Origin: Lineus longissimus
Taxonomy: Eukaryota
NCBI RefSeq assembly: GCF_910592395.1
Contig: NC_088308.1
Span: 496,001-560,000, forward strand
Length of the DNA stretch: 64,000 bases
Direction of reading: 5' to 3'
Positions within the stretch are counted from its first letter, which is position 1; each line of letters opens with the position of its first letter. This document shows positions 37,301-51,119 of this stretch, piece after piece. The notes beneath the pieces are model-generated. The model saw only the letters and a list, made by a program, of their open reading frames with translations, was not told the DNA's origin and did not search any database. The translations under genes and the position numbers were made by a program.

Positions 37301-38136
37301 ATGTTGTTTTTCATTGCCGTCAGCTCGCGAGACAACATAACCTTCAAATGTCAACCGTAATGAACAGATGTTTTCTGTGTTTTCTCCCTCAATATATCAT
37401 GTTCATTTATTAATTATCCGATTCATCAGTATCCCAGGTCGAATTAACTGGACACATTTAATTCAATATCAATAATCAATGATTGACAAGCAACTGCCTT
37501 TTGCACAAAAACACAGAATTGATTATGCTCGATGTAATTTTATGCGCATCAGTTCATAGTACACGTAATAGGGTCTTTACCTTGAAAATGTGGGCCAAAT
37601 CTATATGTGGTCCACGAATGGTTGATAAATGATTTGACCCATATACACGGACTGATCTCGAAATACGCAGTTCCTTTTATTTTGGTACCCTTACAGTAGT
37701 GGGAGTTACATATCAAAACTGCAGTTCTTCTACCTTTTGTCAATGGTTTTTCATCTGCTTTATCATTCATTGCCTTGGGCCACGTAAATTTCACTTGGTT
37801 TCAGACCCCAAATTATTTCACTTTCCTTTCGAAGGGGTTGCCTTATCAACATTATTCAACCCAGTGGGCTAGAAATCGTACTATCATCAACCTGATAATG
37901 CGCGAGAAATACTAAATTACCATCAAAATACGTTGTGAACAACTATACTTTCTGAGAAGCATACTCGTTTTTTATGAGCTGCGCTTTGAAAAATTCTTTG
38001 TACTATCATCTCGGCGATAGGCCTGTATATTTAATCCTATTCAAATTCAACACTTGTGCTGTACAATGTACCTCGGAGGATGTGCACAGCTGCATGTATT
38101 CAGTGCTCAGGGCGTTTCCATGTCGACTAGCTAGGT

Positions 38137-38176
38137 GCCTGGGAAAAGGCCTGGACGCCTGGGAAAAGGCCTGGAC
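38137..38176. repeat. 20-bp exact tandem duplication
   Basis: gcctgggaaaaggcctggac occurs twice in tandem. Confidence 0.9.
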
Positions 38177-39317
38177 AACTGGAGCAACAACTGTCTGCGT
38201 CCTATCCGTGTCTGCTTCGTAGAAATTTGACTCAGTTGACTTAGTAATATTGCCCTATTTTTCATGAGTCTCATTCCAACAGCGCCACCACCCGTTTACC
38301 ATAGCAAATAATGAAAAATCGTTTAAAAATTCGTATTGTAGTAAATCAAGACTGCAGTACACTTTGTGAATTTCAAATATTGCCGGCTCGGATCGATGGG
38401 GGCTCACCAGTGGCATTCATTGCAGTGCACGCCCCCTCTTTTTCTCGTCTCCTGAATGAGCCCCTGAATTGTATGTACATCGATACATCAACAAATCAAA
38501 TGGGTGGCTTCATACATCAGACTAATGGATCGAATTGATTCGTCTCTCTCTCTCTCCTCTTTGAGTCCTCGGGAGTTAAAACAACGATGATCGATGATAA
38601 GTTGCACTTTTGTAGAGCGGTGTAGCAGTAGAAAATGACCCCGTGGAAAAAGTGTCCGGGCCTATCATATTCTGACGACTTACTGCAAATTGTTCTGTAG
38701 AGACGACGACCGTCAATACCTTAAAGATTTGAAGCGCATTCTTTGGTGCCTGTATGTTATACCTTCACATGTTAACTTCGGCTAAGAATAGTTTAGTTAC
38801 AGACGACTTTCTCTCAAAGGCCGTAAATAACCAACCGCAGCACCTTTATCGACAGTTAGTTTAGATAGTTCGTGAAAATGGGTCGGTCATGTCAGTAAGA
38901 AATAAGGCAGAGCAGCAAAAAATTAACAGAAGCGTGAATGATCAGTGCCGGTTTCCGCTAATATGATAACGCCGCCACTATACATTAGATGGAAAAGAAC
39001 TGATCACAACAGTATCAGGCCACGTGGAGGACTCAAGTGCTCCTTTCTATCGGTGTACCTTTACATTTACCGTGTTAAGACATGTTTGTAGAATCTGACA
39101 GGTAGAAAACAACAGACTGCTGGAAAATGATGATCATGTGCAAGTTTTCTGCTAATACGTCTACGCACCGCCACGGTAGGTCGGTAAAACTGCCCCAACA
39201 TCAAGCTGCGTGGGAGACTCATGTGGCTCATTCTCACAGTGATGACTCAAAATGAAATACAGTTACGGGCCAGAGACTAGCTAGCCAGAAGCCTTTGTGG
39301 CAGGAGCAATTTTATGG

Positions 39318-39361
39318 GTGAAAGCAGCAGTGTATGACCGGTCATACACTGCTGGTGAAAG
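39318..39361. repeat. Perfect 30-bp palindrome flanked by a 7-bp direct repeat
   Basis: gtgaaag-CAGCAGTGTATGACC|GGTCATACACTGCTG-gtgaaag; the palindrome spans 39325-39354. Confidence 0.85.
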
Positions 39362-40904
39362 GTACCGAAAGAAAGCATATTTGACCACTTTAAAGATCAG
39401 AGACAAAGACTCAAGACAAAAGATCCCGGCGAATGTATTTTGGCTGGTAACAGTATGTTACAGTTTGTGTCAACACCGCGAGTCTTGGGGTTGGAAATCA
39501 CCGTATCTCATTTATTTACATGGCTCACAAGAGTTTAATCTATACTTGATAGTACTATTATAGAAAATTGTCAAATAGTGTACTTGTATCTAATCTGACG
39601 ATGCGGACATTTGGATGGGTAAGAAGTAATCCCCGGATATAGAAGTTGCGAGGCTGCTGTAAGCCTCCGCGTTCATCCGCATGGCGGCACGATAATCGGG
39701 ATCACAAGAAGATTCCGTGAGGCAGACTTGGCAGTGATTTTAACGGATCACGATGGCGTGTGTCAAAGCAACTCACTTCATTGTTGACTTTCAATCTATC
39801 TGAAATTATCACGGCATCATCTGTTTTGTCAGCTGCATGTTCACTCGACATGAACGGAACTCTCGATGCGTTGCTTATGATCTTTGAATCATTATTTTGT
39901 GCCAGATAAGCTGCAAAGCGGAATACTCATTTAGAAAGGTATTTCCTGGCTATGATCAAATAGTTGTCAAAGATGTGTCGAGTTGTGTACATAGCGGACA
40001 TGCAAGTCAATACTGTTAAAAGGTTTCTATTGCAGAATGATAATTGGATACATAACAAATATATCCCTACGTTGTTTACGGTGTAAACAGCATTGGCAAG
40101 GACCAGCAAACGCTCACTGATTGGCATGAAATCTAATTTAATGAACCACGTTAACCCCCAAAACGGCTTGAGGCGACTCACTTAGTATCGTCGATAACAA
40201 GGTGAACCCTTGAGGCTTCAGAAACTTCATTCTCTCATTGAGACATGGCATTGCCTCCCGTATGCTGTGGCGCCGTCTCGTGTGAAACCACGAACTTGTA
40301 AACATATTGTGAGTGTAGATGGATGTCGCTTGTGGACATTCACCAACTATCTCGCTTTTTGTGAACCGAGTACAGCTGGCGACCTCATCATCGTACAATG
40401 TTAAGGTCCAGAAACTATCAAAGAAAGAACTCACTATTGACACAGCCTTTTTGCCTCGTGGTAAACTCGTAATCACCTGTCCGTCCGGCTGCCCATGCCC
40501 ACTTCGAATCCAAAACTGCATATTGGGATGAGATTATATCTATAAAATTCACAACAACATTCATGTTCAATATATCACTAAGATTCACCAGATAAACTAT
40601 GCATGACCAAAATATCGCACACAATGTTCGGAAATTCAGACGTGTAAACTATATTCCACCCACATATCTACACAGGAGCGCACACACCGTGTGTTCGTCT
40701 TGTCCTCTTGCCATTGCCCTCTTGCATTATGTTACATCATCATTTATTGTGGTCACAATGCGCTGGAATATTGGTAATCCTGACGATAAGCAATGACTCA
40801 AGCACTCGCAGCGCCATCTGCCTTCAAATCCGTGAACAAATCAGTGAATAACCTATCGTCGCTCAACATGCTCAAGGACTAATTTTCATATAGACCATCT
40901 CTGC

Positions 40905-41055
40905 AAGCCAGGTACACATTTAGTTCCATTTACTCCTTGGTTAAAAGAAGCTGGTAGGGTTCAGTGCTTTGCCCCGAGGCAAAGAGATTTAACAGTGCTG
41001 ATCGAGTTGAACCTAGGATCTCCTGGGTATAAGCCCATGAACTTATGCCACGGCT
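40905..41055 (-). mobile_element. tRNA-derived SINE remnant (CORE/Nin-like central domain)
   Basis: Minus strand has a B-box-like ggttcaactc, then cctcggggcaaagcactgaaccc...caaggagtaaatgg...gtacctggc. This resembles the CCTTGGGCAAGGCACTT...CCCAGGAGTAAATGGGTACC body of widespread metazoan SINEs as I recall it. Confidence 0.5.
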
Positions 41056-42174
41056 TCCTCTCATGGACTACTTATTAACTGACTCATTGGAATGTAATAG
41101 GTTTCCTTGGTGAAATAAATGCAGCAGTGTTTCGAAGTCTCTCTACGAATACGGAGACCGAGCAAGGACCTTAGGCCAGAGCAGCAAGTGACTATCTGTT
41201 GGGTAGAAGCTGAGTTGAATGAAAAAGCGTGACAGTTCAGGTTTCGCCTCGCACAGTCAGCTACAAACATGGCCAGCACTGAAAGGGTTAACATGATTCC
41301 ATGCTGATACCTGCAAGGGCAAAGTAAAAGCCGAGTGTTTATGAAAGTATCGTGTCACAAGTGGGCAACAACAGGGTAATTGTCCTTGATTAATTTGCAG
41401 TCACCCCAAAGGCGGCCAGCGTTGTGAAAACAACGCTGATGGCAGCAAAGCATTCCTACTAGAGCCAACCTCTCATCAGTTTAATCTCTTTCGTGGATAT
41501 TGATTATCTCGCGTGTTTTCTTTGTGTAGTTTTTGCTCAAGCACTGCCGATTTCATAAAAGGCTCATAAGTGTGTACATAAATGGAATCTTTCAAACGGG
41601 AAAAATCTTATTTCACTGAAATCCTTCGAAAAACCATGAAGCTCACACAACCGATGCTGGAGATGATGCCGTCGAGTCAACACCAATGGTTTATACAGAC
41701 CTCGTGTGATGTGCAGCTTTGTTATATGCCAGATTGAGGACTTGTATTTCATTAAGAGCCCCTAACAGTATCATAAATAGTGCGGGTGTAGTATCCCCCG
41801 CCCCCGGAAAAGATTTCGCTATTTCGCCCTCGCCGCAAATTTGTCATGGTGTCCGAGTCATGCTAGTCATCTCCTGAGGATGTTTTATTGATGCCCCTGG
41901 TATTTAGCCACAGGCACTGGTGCAGGTAATGGTCTCGTTCATACCACGTTCCGGTCAGCTGGATGAAGAATATGAGTGCCGTTTATCATTACCCCGCCAG
42001 AGCCCAATATTAACCCTGAAGAATCGGTAGCCTGAGAAGTTATTAGAAGTGTCCGTGCATCAACGAAAGGTTGAGCACTGTGTTACATGGAAATGTAATT
42101 TTCAATTTACATGAGATTCAATGCGCGCCCTGACTGGTCACCTTATGTTTACCACATTTATGTAAATGGTTCTA

Positions 42175-42417
42175 CTGAGGCGGCCACTTCCTAGTGTTCT
42201 ATCAGTCCACATGAGAACTTCTGAGACTAGGATGTTAGGTAAGTGGTGGTGAAGCCTGAGGCGGCCACTTGCTAGTGTTCTATCAGTCCACATGAGAACT
42301 TCTGAGACTAGGATGTTAGGTAAGTGGTGGTGAAGCCTGAGGCGGCCACTTGCTAGTGTTCTATCAGTCCACATGAGAACTTCTGAGACTAGGATGTTAG
42401 GTAAGTGGTGGTGAAGC
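42175..42417. repeat. 81-bp tandem repeat, 3 near-identical copies
   Basis: Unit ctgaggcggccactt(c/g)ctagtgttctatcagtccacatgagaacttctgagactaggatgttaggtaagtggtggtgaagc starts at 42175, 42256 and 42337; I see only one mismatch among the copies. Confidence 0.95.
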
Positions 42418-44857
42418 TACAAAAAAGAAAAATTATGGAATAGGTTACCAGAGTGGCTTGGAATTTTAGTCAATTTTTTCTCCTGTTAAAGATTAGGCTA
42501 TGAATACTTAAAAGAAGACGGCAGCAAGGAAGACCTTGTCGATAAATCCAATCTGATAGACTGCTGTATCTGTTGATAGATTACTATTTATTTTCTCTCC
42601 TGAATAGCCTCTATCAAAGTCAGTCATCACAGCCTATAGGCATACACTTATGAATGTTTACAACTTCTATCTAGCGGTTAATATGAGTAAGTATTCTGCC
42701 CTCGGGGTTGCAAAATATACAACTTTCTGTGAATTATAGACAAATACCCAAAGTAAGTAGTTCTCTACAAAACATACTTCCTGGTAATCTGGGGTTACTA
42801 GCACTGCAGAAAGTAATCAGATGATATGACGTATCTGTGCTAGAACTACAAACTATGGCACAGCCCACATCGATGGTACATGTAAGATAGAGAAAAAAAG
42901 CTTTGACGACGCTCGCGTTCACAATAAAAACAGGAGCCAAAATCCAATTACAATTGCTTTCTATTCAAAATTTGAACCGATGAGCGTTATATCTGCCTCA
43001 TATAATTTGACAGCACTTTAAGCGTTCTATTTTCAAGTTAAGGAGATACCGTTACACGTCACTAAATGAAATGGGAAAGAAAATCGGGGTATTTCTTCAT
43101 GCAGAATATTAACTCAAAGAGGTGCTCCTAAAACAGTGGGGCGAACGACCTCCTTCGCCCCCACCCCTCCCCCCGAACGAGACGCGAGACGTATAATGCG
43201 ACTTCTGCATATTCGCATCCGTTTGTTCTGTGCTTCAGTTCGTTAATGCCATATCATCAATATCACATGTATCAAAGCCAATAACACTTGGAGATGGCGT
43301 TTTTTGTATCTTTTTGGCAATTACTAATATTATTAGTATCGTGGCGTTACAACCATTCGGGTGAAATACGCCGTGAGACAAGTTCATCCACTTGGACACC
43401 TAATGTATGGCAATGTTTCAGCCAGGTCTTCCTGAAGTCAGGTGTTCCTGTCACCAAGAAGATCCCCCAACATCCCCCGGCTGTCCAAACCAGCGCCCAG
43501 CATTACCTGCCATGCCTTAGCGATCGAAGGGTATGCAAGATTCAAACAGTCAATATTGGAAACACACTTAAAATGCTGCGACACAGGTGTTTCTGCCACA
43601 GTAGAGAAATAAAATGTTGACCAAACTATTGGAGCCGGATTCAGGTAGGCATAGCCACGTTGGGACCGCTCTAGTGGTCTAGTAGGCATATCAAAATTGC
43701 TAAATAAGCTGTGCTATCTGGGAAATTGACACTCGAAATCATGCATTAATTCGGCGACAGTTGATATTCGAGAAATATGACGCCAAAAATACATAGCAAT
43801 ATAAATGTACTCAATCAAAATTCGTGAGACCACAAATCATTGTGCTCATCGAACCACTGAATGAGTGATCACGACAATTTATCATCCAATGATCGGCTAC
43901 GAAACTGAAACGCAATCGTCTTCCTTGGAATTGGCAGCGGAGAATTTGCAATGTTTCATTGGTTTTCCCATGCGATAGATTTAATCTTGTCATCATTAAA
44001 AGCAAGATGATGTTGTGGAACCAACGCAGGGCGTTACCAACGGGGGAGACGCAGAGTACAACCTGAAGGAGAAATACTGTAATTCACATCAGGCACATGT
44101 AGCATTGGTAGAAATAAAGTTCTGGGTAAACCTATTCTGGGTTAAAACAACATTTATGTATCTTGCCTCCGTCAAAAAGGCCGGTAAAGTAGGCCTATAT
44201 GTGAGTGTTTTCATGTGCAAGTGTTTCCACTACAATAGATCAGGTCTCGAATGGTTGTTGTTTAGTTATATATATTAGTGGTTGAAACAAATCAAAACGA
44301 TTTTACCCACATTTCACATTTCAAATTAGACTTGGCTAGAATATACTGTTAAGGTAATGAATAATCACAGTCAGCCTCGCACACCGATCTGCCACAAGGA
44401 CGAATGATCTAATGGTGCACTTACGCCAAGGGGGGAAAACTATTACACACCGGCATCTGTCGAGTAACAATGATGTAAAGGAGTTCAACAGCCGGCGGTT
44501 AACCATCATCAAAGTCGGGGACCAATTACTCCGCAGTCGCGTACAAGGCAAATTGCAGCTATTTTCTGGGGTTTTTTAGGAATAGTTCATACGGACCCGA
44601 AAACCAGTTGTGATTATGGGGACGGTATATCACGCATTGAACACAAGTCAGAGTTCTGACTATTACTAGCACATGACAAATTGCACCAGCGGTTTTGTAT
44701 ATGGAGTCATCGTGACAGCAGCCAGGGTGGAATCGCCGGACAAACCTTCTTGAGATGCATGCAATGATTTGCTAGAACCGGCACATACCCACTAATGGAT
44801 GTGAAATAAGTCCTGATAAAGTGATCATTATCAGGATTTTTTTCGGAAATGGTTCTT

Positions 44858-44977
44858 CAGGGCCCGGTTGTTAAAAACCTTGGCGTTAGGTCTATAAGGG
44901 CTTAACTGAAGCAGATAGAGCGAAGTTAATTTAACGCTAGCGTTAGTGACATATTTTGTTTGAACGACCAGGCCCTG
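44858..44977. mobile_element. Non-autonomous DNA transposon (MITE), 120 bp
   Basis: The ends cagggcccggttgttaaaa ... tttgaacgaccaggccctg are inverted repeats (16 of 19 match). GGCC-type termini with CAG/CTG flanks resemble PIF/Harbinger-type MITEs. Confidence 0.55.
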
Positions 44978-45709
44978 CTAGTAGTTCTACATAAAAATGA
45001 TGTTAGCATTACAACTTATCCGTCTGATTAAGTGCTAGTGTTGCAAGTGCGTTCAACAAGTATACACCATGTCCTAATCCGGTATATAGAAATACCGCTT
45101 GAATTCATGTGTGGACCGTGCTCACTGGGCACTGGTTCTGACAACCTGGCGATAGTGGGATCTACTTGGTGACATGAACACCTGGCTAGAAGAAGACTCG
45201 CACGAAACTTCGCCACGTTTAAGGTGTTCAAGTGGATGAATTGAGCTCACGGTGCATTCATCCTTATCAGCGTAAAGGAAAAGAAACAATACGTCTAATA
45301 CGATGAAGAAGGGTATGAAAGCAACAATATCTATCTATTGACTATGTAGAACATGTGGTATTGACTGATATAGCAATAAGGCAATGAAAAGGAAAGTCCT
45401 ACAGAACGAGTTGATGAAGCATACATAATTCCCGCCACCGTGCCCGTCTCTATGTTGGAAAAGTGTTGTTCTAATATCAAAATATTTCGACAACTGACAT
45501 GCGGCGAGTGAATCGAGATACCGTTTACAGGGCAAACAGCCAGCTGTATTTTATTAATAAAATCAATTGAATCATCAATGTCTGGAAGTTTCATTGACAT
45601 AGGGATCGCAGAGTCACATGGCCAAAAGAATGAGCTGTGTATCGTAGTGTTGTACGCACCAGTTGTAACCATCGATTGAATCTGAGTGTCTTATGTGTGA
45701 GATGGATTA

Positions 45710-45737
45710 CCCCCCCCCCCCCCCCCCCCCACCCCCC
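45710..45737. repeat. Poly-C tract (also at about 1167-1184 and 51392-51404)
   Basis: Long C homopolymer runs are visible directly. Confidence 0.9.
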
Positions 45738-48700
45738 ATGCTGTATATCAGATGTATCATGACATGGGTACCTGGTACAGAAGACACCACATTCATCACA
45801 TGATTTCGTATGCAGCGATTCACATGTAGGCAGAGGAGTAAGTAGGAGCGACAATATAAAGACTCAATCTACGAATATAAAAGGACGAAAAAAGCCTTCG
45901 AGCTAAACGTATTTCAAATTGCAATCGTAGCGGTCGTGTTTTTCCCTCTCGTTCTACAACATTGGAATGAGCTGCACTTCTTAGCACTATCCCGCAAAAC
46001 ATGTACCGGTAATGACTTATTCTACTCCTTTGCTTACACAGTGCAAAACAAATTGAAACTGCAAATAGGCACGCGATGATTTGTGAGTATATGACAGAGA
46101 AGCAAATATGACCGGATGGTGTGTATCTAAATTGATCTTCCGGGAGCGGAACTACTTGAATTAGATCGCAACAACCGGGTGATGGAGGGAGTAGTTTCGT
46201 GAAGAACTTTCAAAGCTACAAGCCAGAAATTTCGAAGGGTGATATTTACTCTAAAAGACTGTCTGTCTGCTTGTGCAAATGCAGATTGGGTCACTGACTA
46301 CTTCGATTAGTTGACACGATCAATAATGAGTTCAGTCTAGTAACTTCACTAACGTCCATTTTCTACAATACACGATTTTCAAGAAAGGCTTTTCATTTCA
46401 AGACAGACATAATCTGTATTTTGGACGGAACTGTGAATAAATGTATATGATATATTTCTTTTCAAAAGACTACTGACTGCCCAGAAACATACACAGTGCT
46501 TATCGGACTGGAGCTTCATTCTAATGCAATATGCATCAATTTAAGTCATGTAAGTGACAACTGAGATGCACAATACGAGAGGACAACCATCCCCGTCTCG
46601 AACGAACCTAGTCAGTGAGTTCTTACGACGTTTGTCAACCCCGAGATTTCCATCGTAGGAGTTGCCGGAATAATGTATGGTGAAATCGAGACCCATTACT
46701 TGAGAGACCAAAAGCATATTAGAGTAACAGCAACGGTTGTCCGTCGGACACTCTATCATAGAACATACTTTCCTATCACACCGGTAACATACAGATTAAT
46801 CATTGTGCAGCTGAACACAACAGAGCAACAAATTGGGTAGCCACAAGCTCAATCATTCTTGATCTCATAAAAAATACCACGTAGCTTGAGGACTAGTGCT
46901 GTCTATTCATTGTTATACCACGAAACCAACCAACCTCACCAATCTCATTCCTCTTTGCGTTATGGAGAAACGAAAAACAAAGGGAAGCAATCGTCACAGT
47001 CTTCCGCTCAATCTGACTACAACAGCCAAACTGCCCTTCCGGCTTCAGCGCAATTGCACGATAAATAACTTATAAATGTCTGCTGAGCGTCGCCACCTGC
47101 CTGGGAATGGGAGGGTTCGGGACCACGTGCTCTTCTTGGTCGCAGCAAAGGAGGAGAACGTGTTTGCTTGCAATTACTTTTCTATTGAAATCTTCTCAAT
47201 AAAACCTGTTGACCGACCACAGTATAGACGGACAGACAGGGCAGAGTGATTCGCATCATTGATAACAACACGGATATTCGGTAAAGGCAACTCAATATTG
47301 CAACGTTGAAAGAGCTGGACAAGTAAACTATTTCAGTTATCGACGGGTTACAACCATTACTGTTCAGTGACTTACGCACGTCATTTGCAGTTCCGCTGGA
47401 TTCTGACGATATTTTTCAGCTTCTTCAACTTTTAGGCAAATGTTCAACTGAGATATTTCAGCTTGGTTTATAATTACGGTTTCTAACAGAAACATAGTTA
47501 TCTTCGCTGGATATTGTTCTTTAAGGACGAAGAATTCGTGATTAAGACATCTCATTTTTGGCTGGAATACCAATGTTAAAAGTTGGAAACGGAATTTACA
47601 CTGGGCTCTTTATGTTCATGGCTGGAATTTGGAATTGGTACAAAATGTCAATAATGCATCGCAATGACACTGGATTGCATTAAAAGTTTCTTATGTCTAC
47701 GTCAATAAAACATCTGGTGTGACTTCTTGCAAAAGATAGCGAGCAGTAGCCTTACATTTGCAACGGCTGTAAGGCAGAAGGTCAGTAATCTGACGGTCTT
47801 CTTCCCTAATCAGCAGGACAGAAGTGACATCTCTCAAGAAAAAGGAATCAAGACAAGTACTACGCGAAAGGAATAAGCACTTGGTGAAAGGTAGGTGGTT
47901 TATGATTCTCCAATCTTTGGGCTTCGATGTTAAAAACATGGTAGTTAAATTTGGCATTTACTTGACGTCAGCTCAGTCAGGACTCAAAGCCAAGTTATTA
48001 AACTAGCTCAGGGCAAGTTTTCAACTAACGTTTTCAAATAGTGTTCTATAACCGTGATGTAAATACTCCACCCCACCCGACACTTTCTGTTTCTTTATAA
48101 CAACAGGCCTAAGCTCAACCCAAATTCACTTAATCATCCTTATGATGACCGTTTTACACGATAAAAGCTTCGGTGATGTTTGACCAGAGAGGGTCTCAAG
48201 AGATCACTTAAAATTATAGGATGAGAACATAGCCAAACCACGTTGGGGATACATTTTGATATACAATGTACAATAGCCCTCGATTGTAGAAAATGAATCG
48301 AAGCAATAAGTATCATGATGTTCAGTGACACTTACTTACGTAATCTAGTGGTACACTTGTAAGGCATATTGTATCAATACCATCCTCTTTGTCAACAACT
48401 CATACAATATTTCACTACTCAAGTATATAATGGCGCTTAATTAGATCCGAGCGATGAATTAGTTATGACATTTGAAATATCATGTCGTAAATGGCGTCAG
48501 TCAAGAACGTTTTTTATTATCAAATGCGGAGTTGTCAAAAGTAGTGAATTATCGTCTCATTCAAGATTAATTCCACACAAGTTACTACACTTTGGTTTTC
48601 AGTTTGCATTTGTATTCATATACAAGCACGCCGGCCACTACTCCCTGTTTCACAAGAATTGGCAAGGGTGGACCATCCTGTCCCCTGTGGGCCATCCTGT

Positions 48701-51015
48701 TCCCTATTGTAATTGAATTACATGATAATCTCAGTCATAGATGAGTTTATTGCATGTGAGATGAAATTCTTTGGTGAATCACTAATAATTTTCATACACC
48801 CAAAATCAGTCTCAAGAGGAGAAATTCACACACAGGAATCTGAAGAATATATTTTGAGTTTACTCGGAGTATACCGGTACTGTAGTTGGTTAACTATGCT
48901 CAGCGTAATTACCTGCACCAAAGCAAAAACTTACTTGGCAGATAACACCTGACATATCCGTAATTCGTTAAGTGGCTGTGTGTTCTATCAATGCGCACAC
49001 GTTATACGGGCAGCAATTTACGGAGCACTATAAATTTTGATTTGCAAAACTTTATAAGCTCCCATGACCACTTGCATATCGTTAGCTTATAATGCTTTAC
49101 ACATTATACATGTACAGTATTTATCTTCGCGAAATCAACAACGGACCCTCAGATTTTGAGGAATAAAACTGTGACAAGACAATGTGATAAAGTGTACGTG
49201 ATGTTGTAATATCACGTGAATTGTATGTCTTTCATACATCTCTATGTAGACGTCAGGTTAATCACTCGTTTAAAGCAATACAAATGTCGTCGACGCACCT
49301 GCAACGAAATGAAACTGTTAGCTCTGTACCGTGACCAATATAACATGAAAGGTTATTTAATTAAATGCTCAGCGCGACATGATGCTTGCTAGACGACAAT
49401 AAAAAGTTGCAATATTCTTACCATGAGGTGGGAAGGATTGCTGTGCAATCATATTAAAAACATCAATGTTTCTTGCTGCAATTTACCATCTCCAGACTAC
49501 GACAAAGAAAATACATTTCAAGACCATAGTTTCCTCAATCCACACACTAGAACGCCATTATCATTAGCATTTAAACGTATACGTCTTCGAGAAATGCATA
49601 TCAAAGCTAGATTGCTGAACAAAATCGACTGCAGTTAACATTAAGGACGATGTGAAATTGTCAGATTTAAAGACTTTAGAGGGAAAGTTTGCCAGAGACC
49701 TACTTGTCTATTTGCTGGTAGCCACTGGTTTCAAATGACTATTAGAAGATTATACTGAACAGATAATACCTTGTATCACACATCCTGCCATGCAAAGGTT
49801 GGTTCAATTCATCAACATCGGTTCACTTGCTCAATGGATGCTTGTACGGCATTTGACATCATGAAATATCTCCAGATTTGTATTCTGGGAACAATTGCCA
49901 GGCTTCATAATTAGATTCTCTTTAAGTGTCATGGCTCTAGTCCAGTCCCGCACATACCTGCAAAAGTACATGTAACAAGTCAAAAACAAAAGGCAGCGAT
50001 TGATATCACCCATAAACCCCCGTTTTATGGACCAAAATTTATCAGACTGCATCTCGAACACAAAAAAAACAAAACAAGATCATTGATTGCCAGTCCCCAG
50101 ATCTGCTTAAGCCATTTTCTCGTTTTTCATTTGAAATGTCATGCGAATATTGCGACAGAGAAAGACTGAAGGGTATCTTGAGCTTTAGAGTCACGCCATT
50201 CGTATTGCTACAAAAACATTGGCTCCGAACGAGCCCACGGATGACTAGACGCCAAATATCAATTTGAAACATTCTTTAGCAACGGTCAAATCACCCAGTT
50301 ACGCTTGCTTTTCCTTGAAACCAACTTGTGGCGCGTGAATTGTATTTAACAATGTTGATGTCAAATACACCGATATGTGCTGAGATCACTATCGACTAGC
50401 ACTTTACTAGATAATATCTTAAATCAAAAAGTGTTAAACTCAAAGCAGCTTAAATAAGTGCATAGTAGCAAGCAATTTTTATATCCCGATCGGGAATAAG
50501 CTGTAAATCAAAAGAGCCAATCGTTTGTGTAGTTTGGGAAAAGCGTAGGCCTGCAGCATACGTCTAATTGGTTACATGATGGCTAGCTAGGTAGCACAAA
50601 AAAGAGTTAATTTACGTAAGAATAAACAAACGAAGAAATCAACAATTGCTACCTTAACCAAGTAGTTATGAAGAGGTCCATAAATCATGAAGGTATCGTT
50701 GGGAAGGGGAAATTGTAATTAGTTCGTATAAGCAACGTTCGTACTCCTGTTGATGTACTGTACGCTTTGAAATGTAATTGAGCATCCGAAGAATGCTCAT
50801 AAGAAACGTCAGCTCCTTGCCGGTATAGTTAAGAGTGTGAATTTAAAAGATGTAAGTATATTCCTCCAAAAGGATCCAAAAGAAATGTGCTTTTCCCACT
50901 ACTAACTTTATAGGTCTCTAATTTAAAGGGCTTTAAGCGATTACAAATTCTAAAACGCAACATTCGGTATATCCAATATTGTCTGACCTGATTTTACTTC
51001 TTTCTAGCCAGCAAC

Positions 51016-51119
51016 TTCGTAGATTCTCTGGTAATGGCAAAAAAACTCAGTTTTTAATGATCACCGTTACCAAAAGCAACAATACTATATTAGGGCCGGG
51101 TCGAAACAGAATCTACGAA
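51016..51119. mobile_element. Possible decayed MITE with 12-bp inverted ends
   Basis: ttcgtagattct (51016-51027) and agaatctacgaa (51108-51119) are exact reverse complements. Confidence 0.35.

Noticed and set aside
41061..41294. Cys-containing 77-aa ORF as a nemertide-like toxin precursor
   Set aside because: The hydrophobic start is short and the Cys spacing does not fit an inhibitor cystine knot or any other toxin framework I recognise.
42175..42417. CRISPR array
   Set aside because: The units are contiguous and identical with no unique spacers, and the context is eukaryotic. The repetitive ORF 42138-42374 is a by-product of the 81-bp period.
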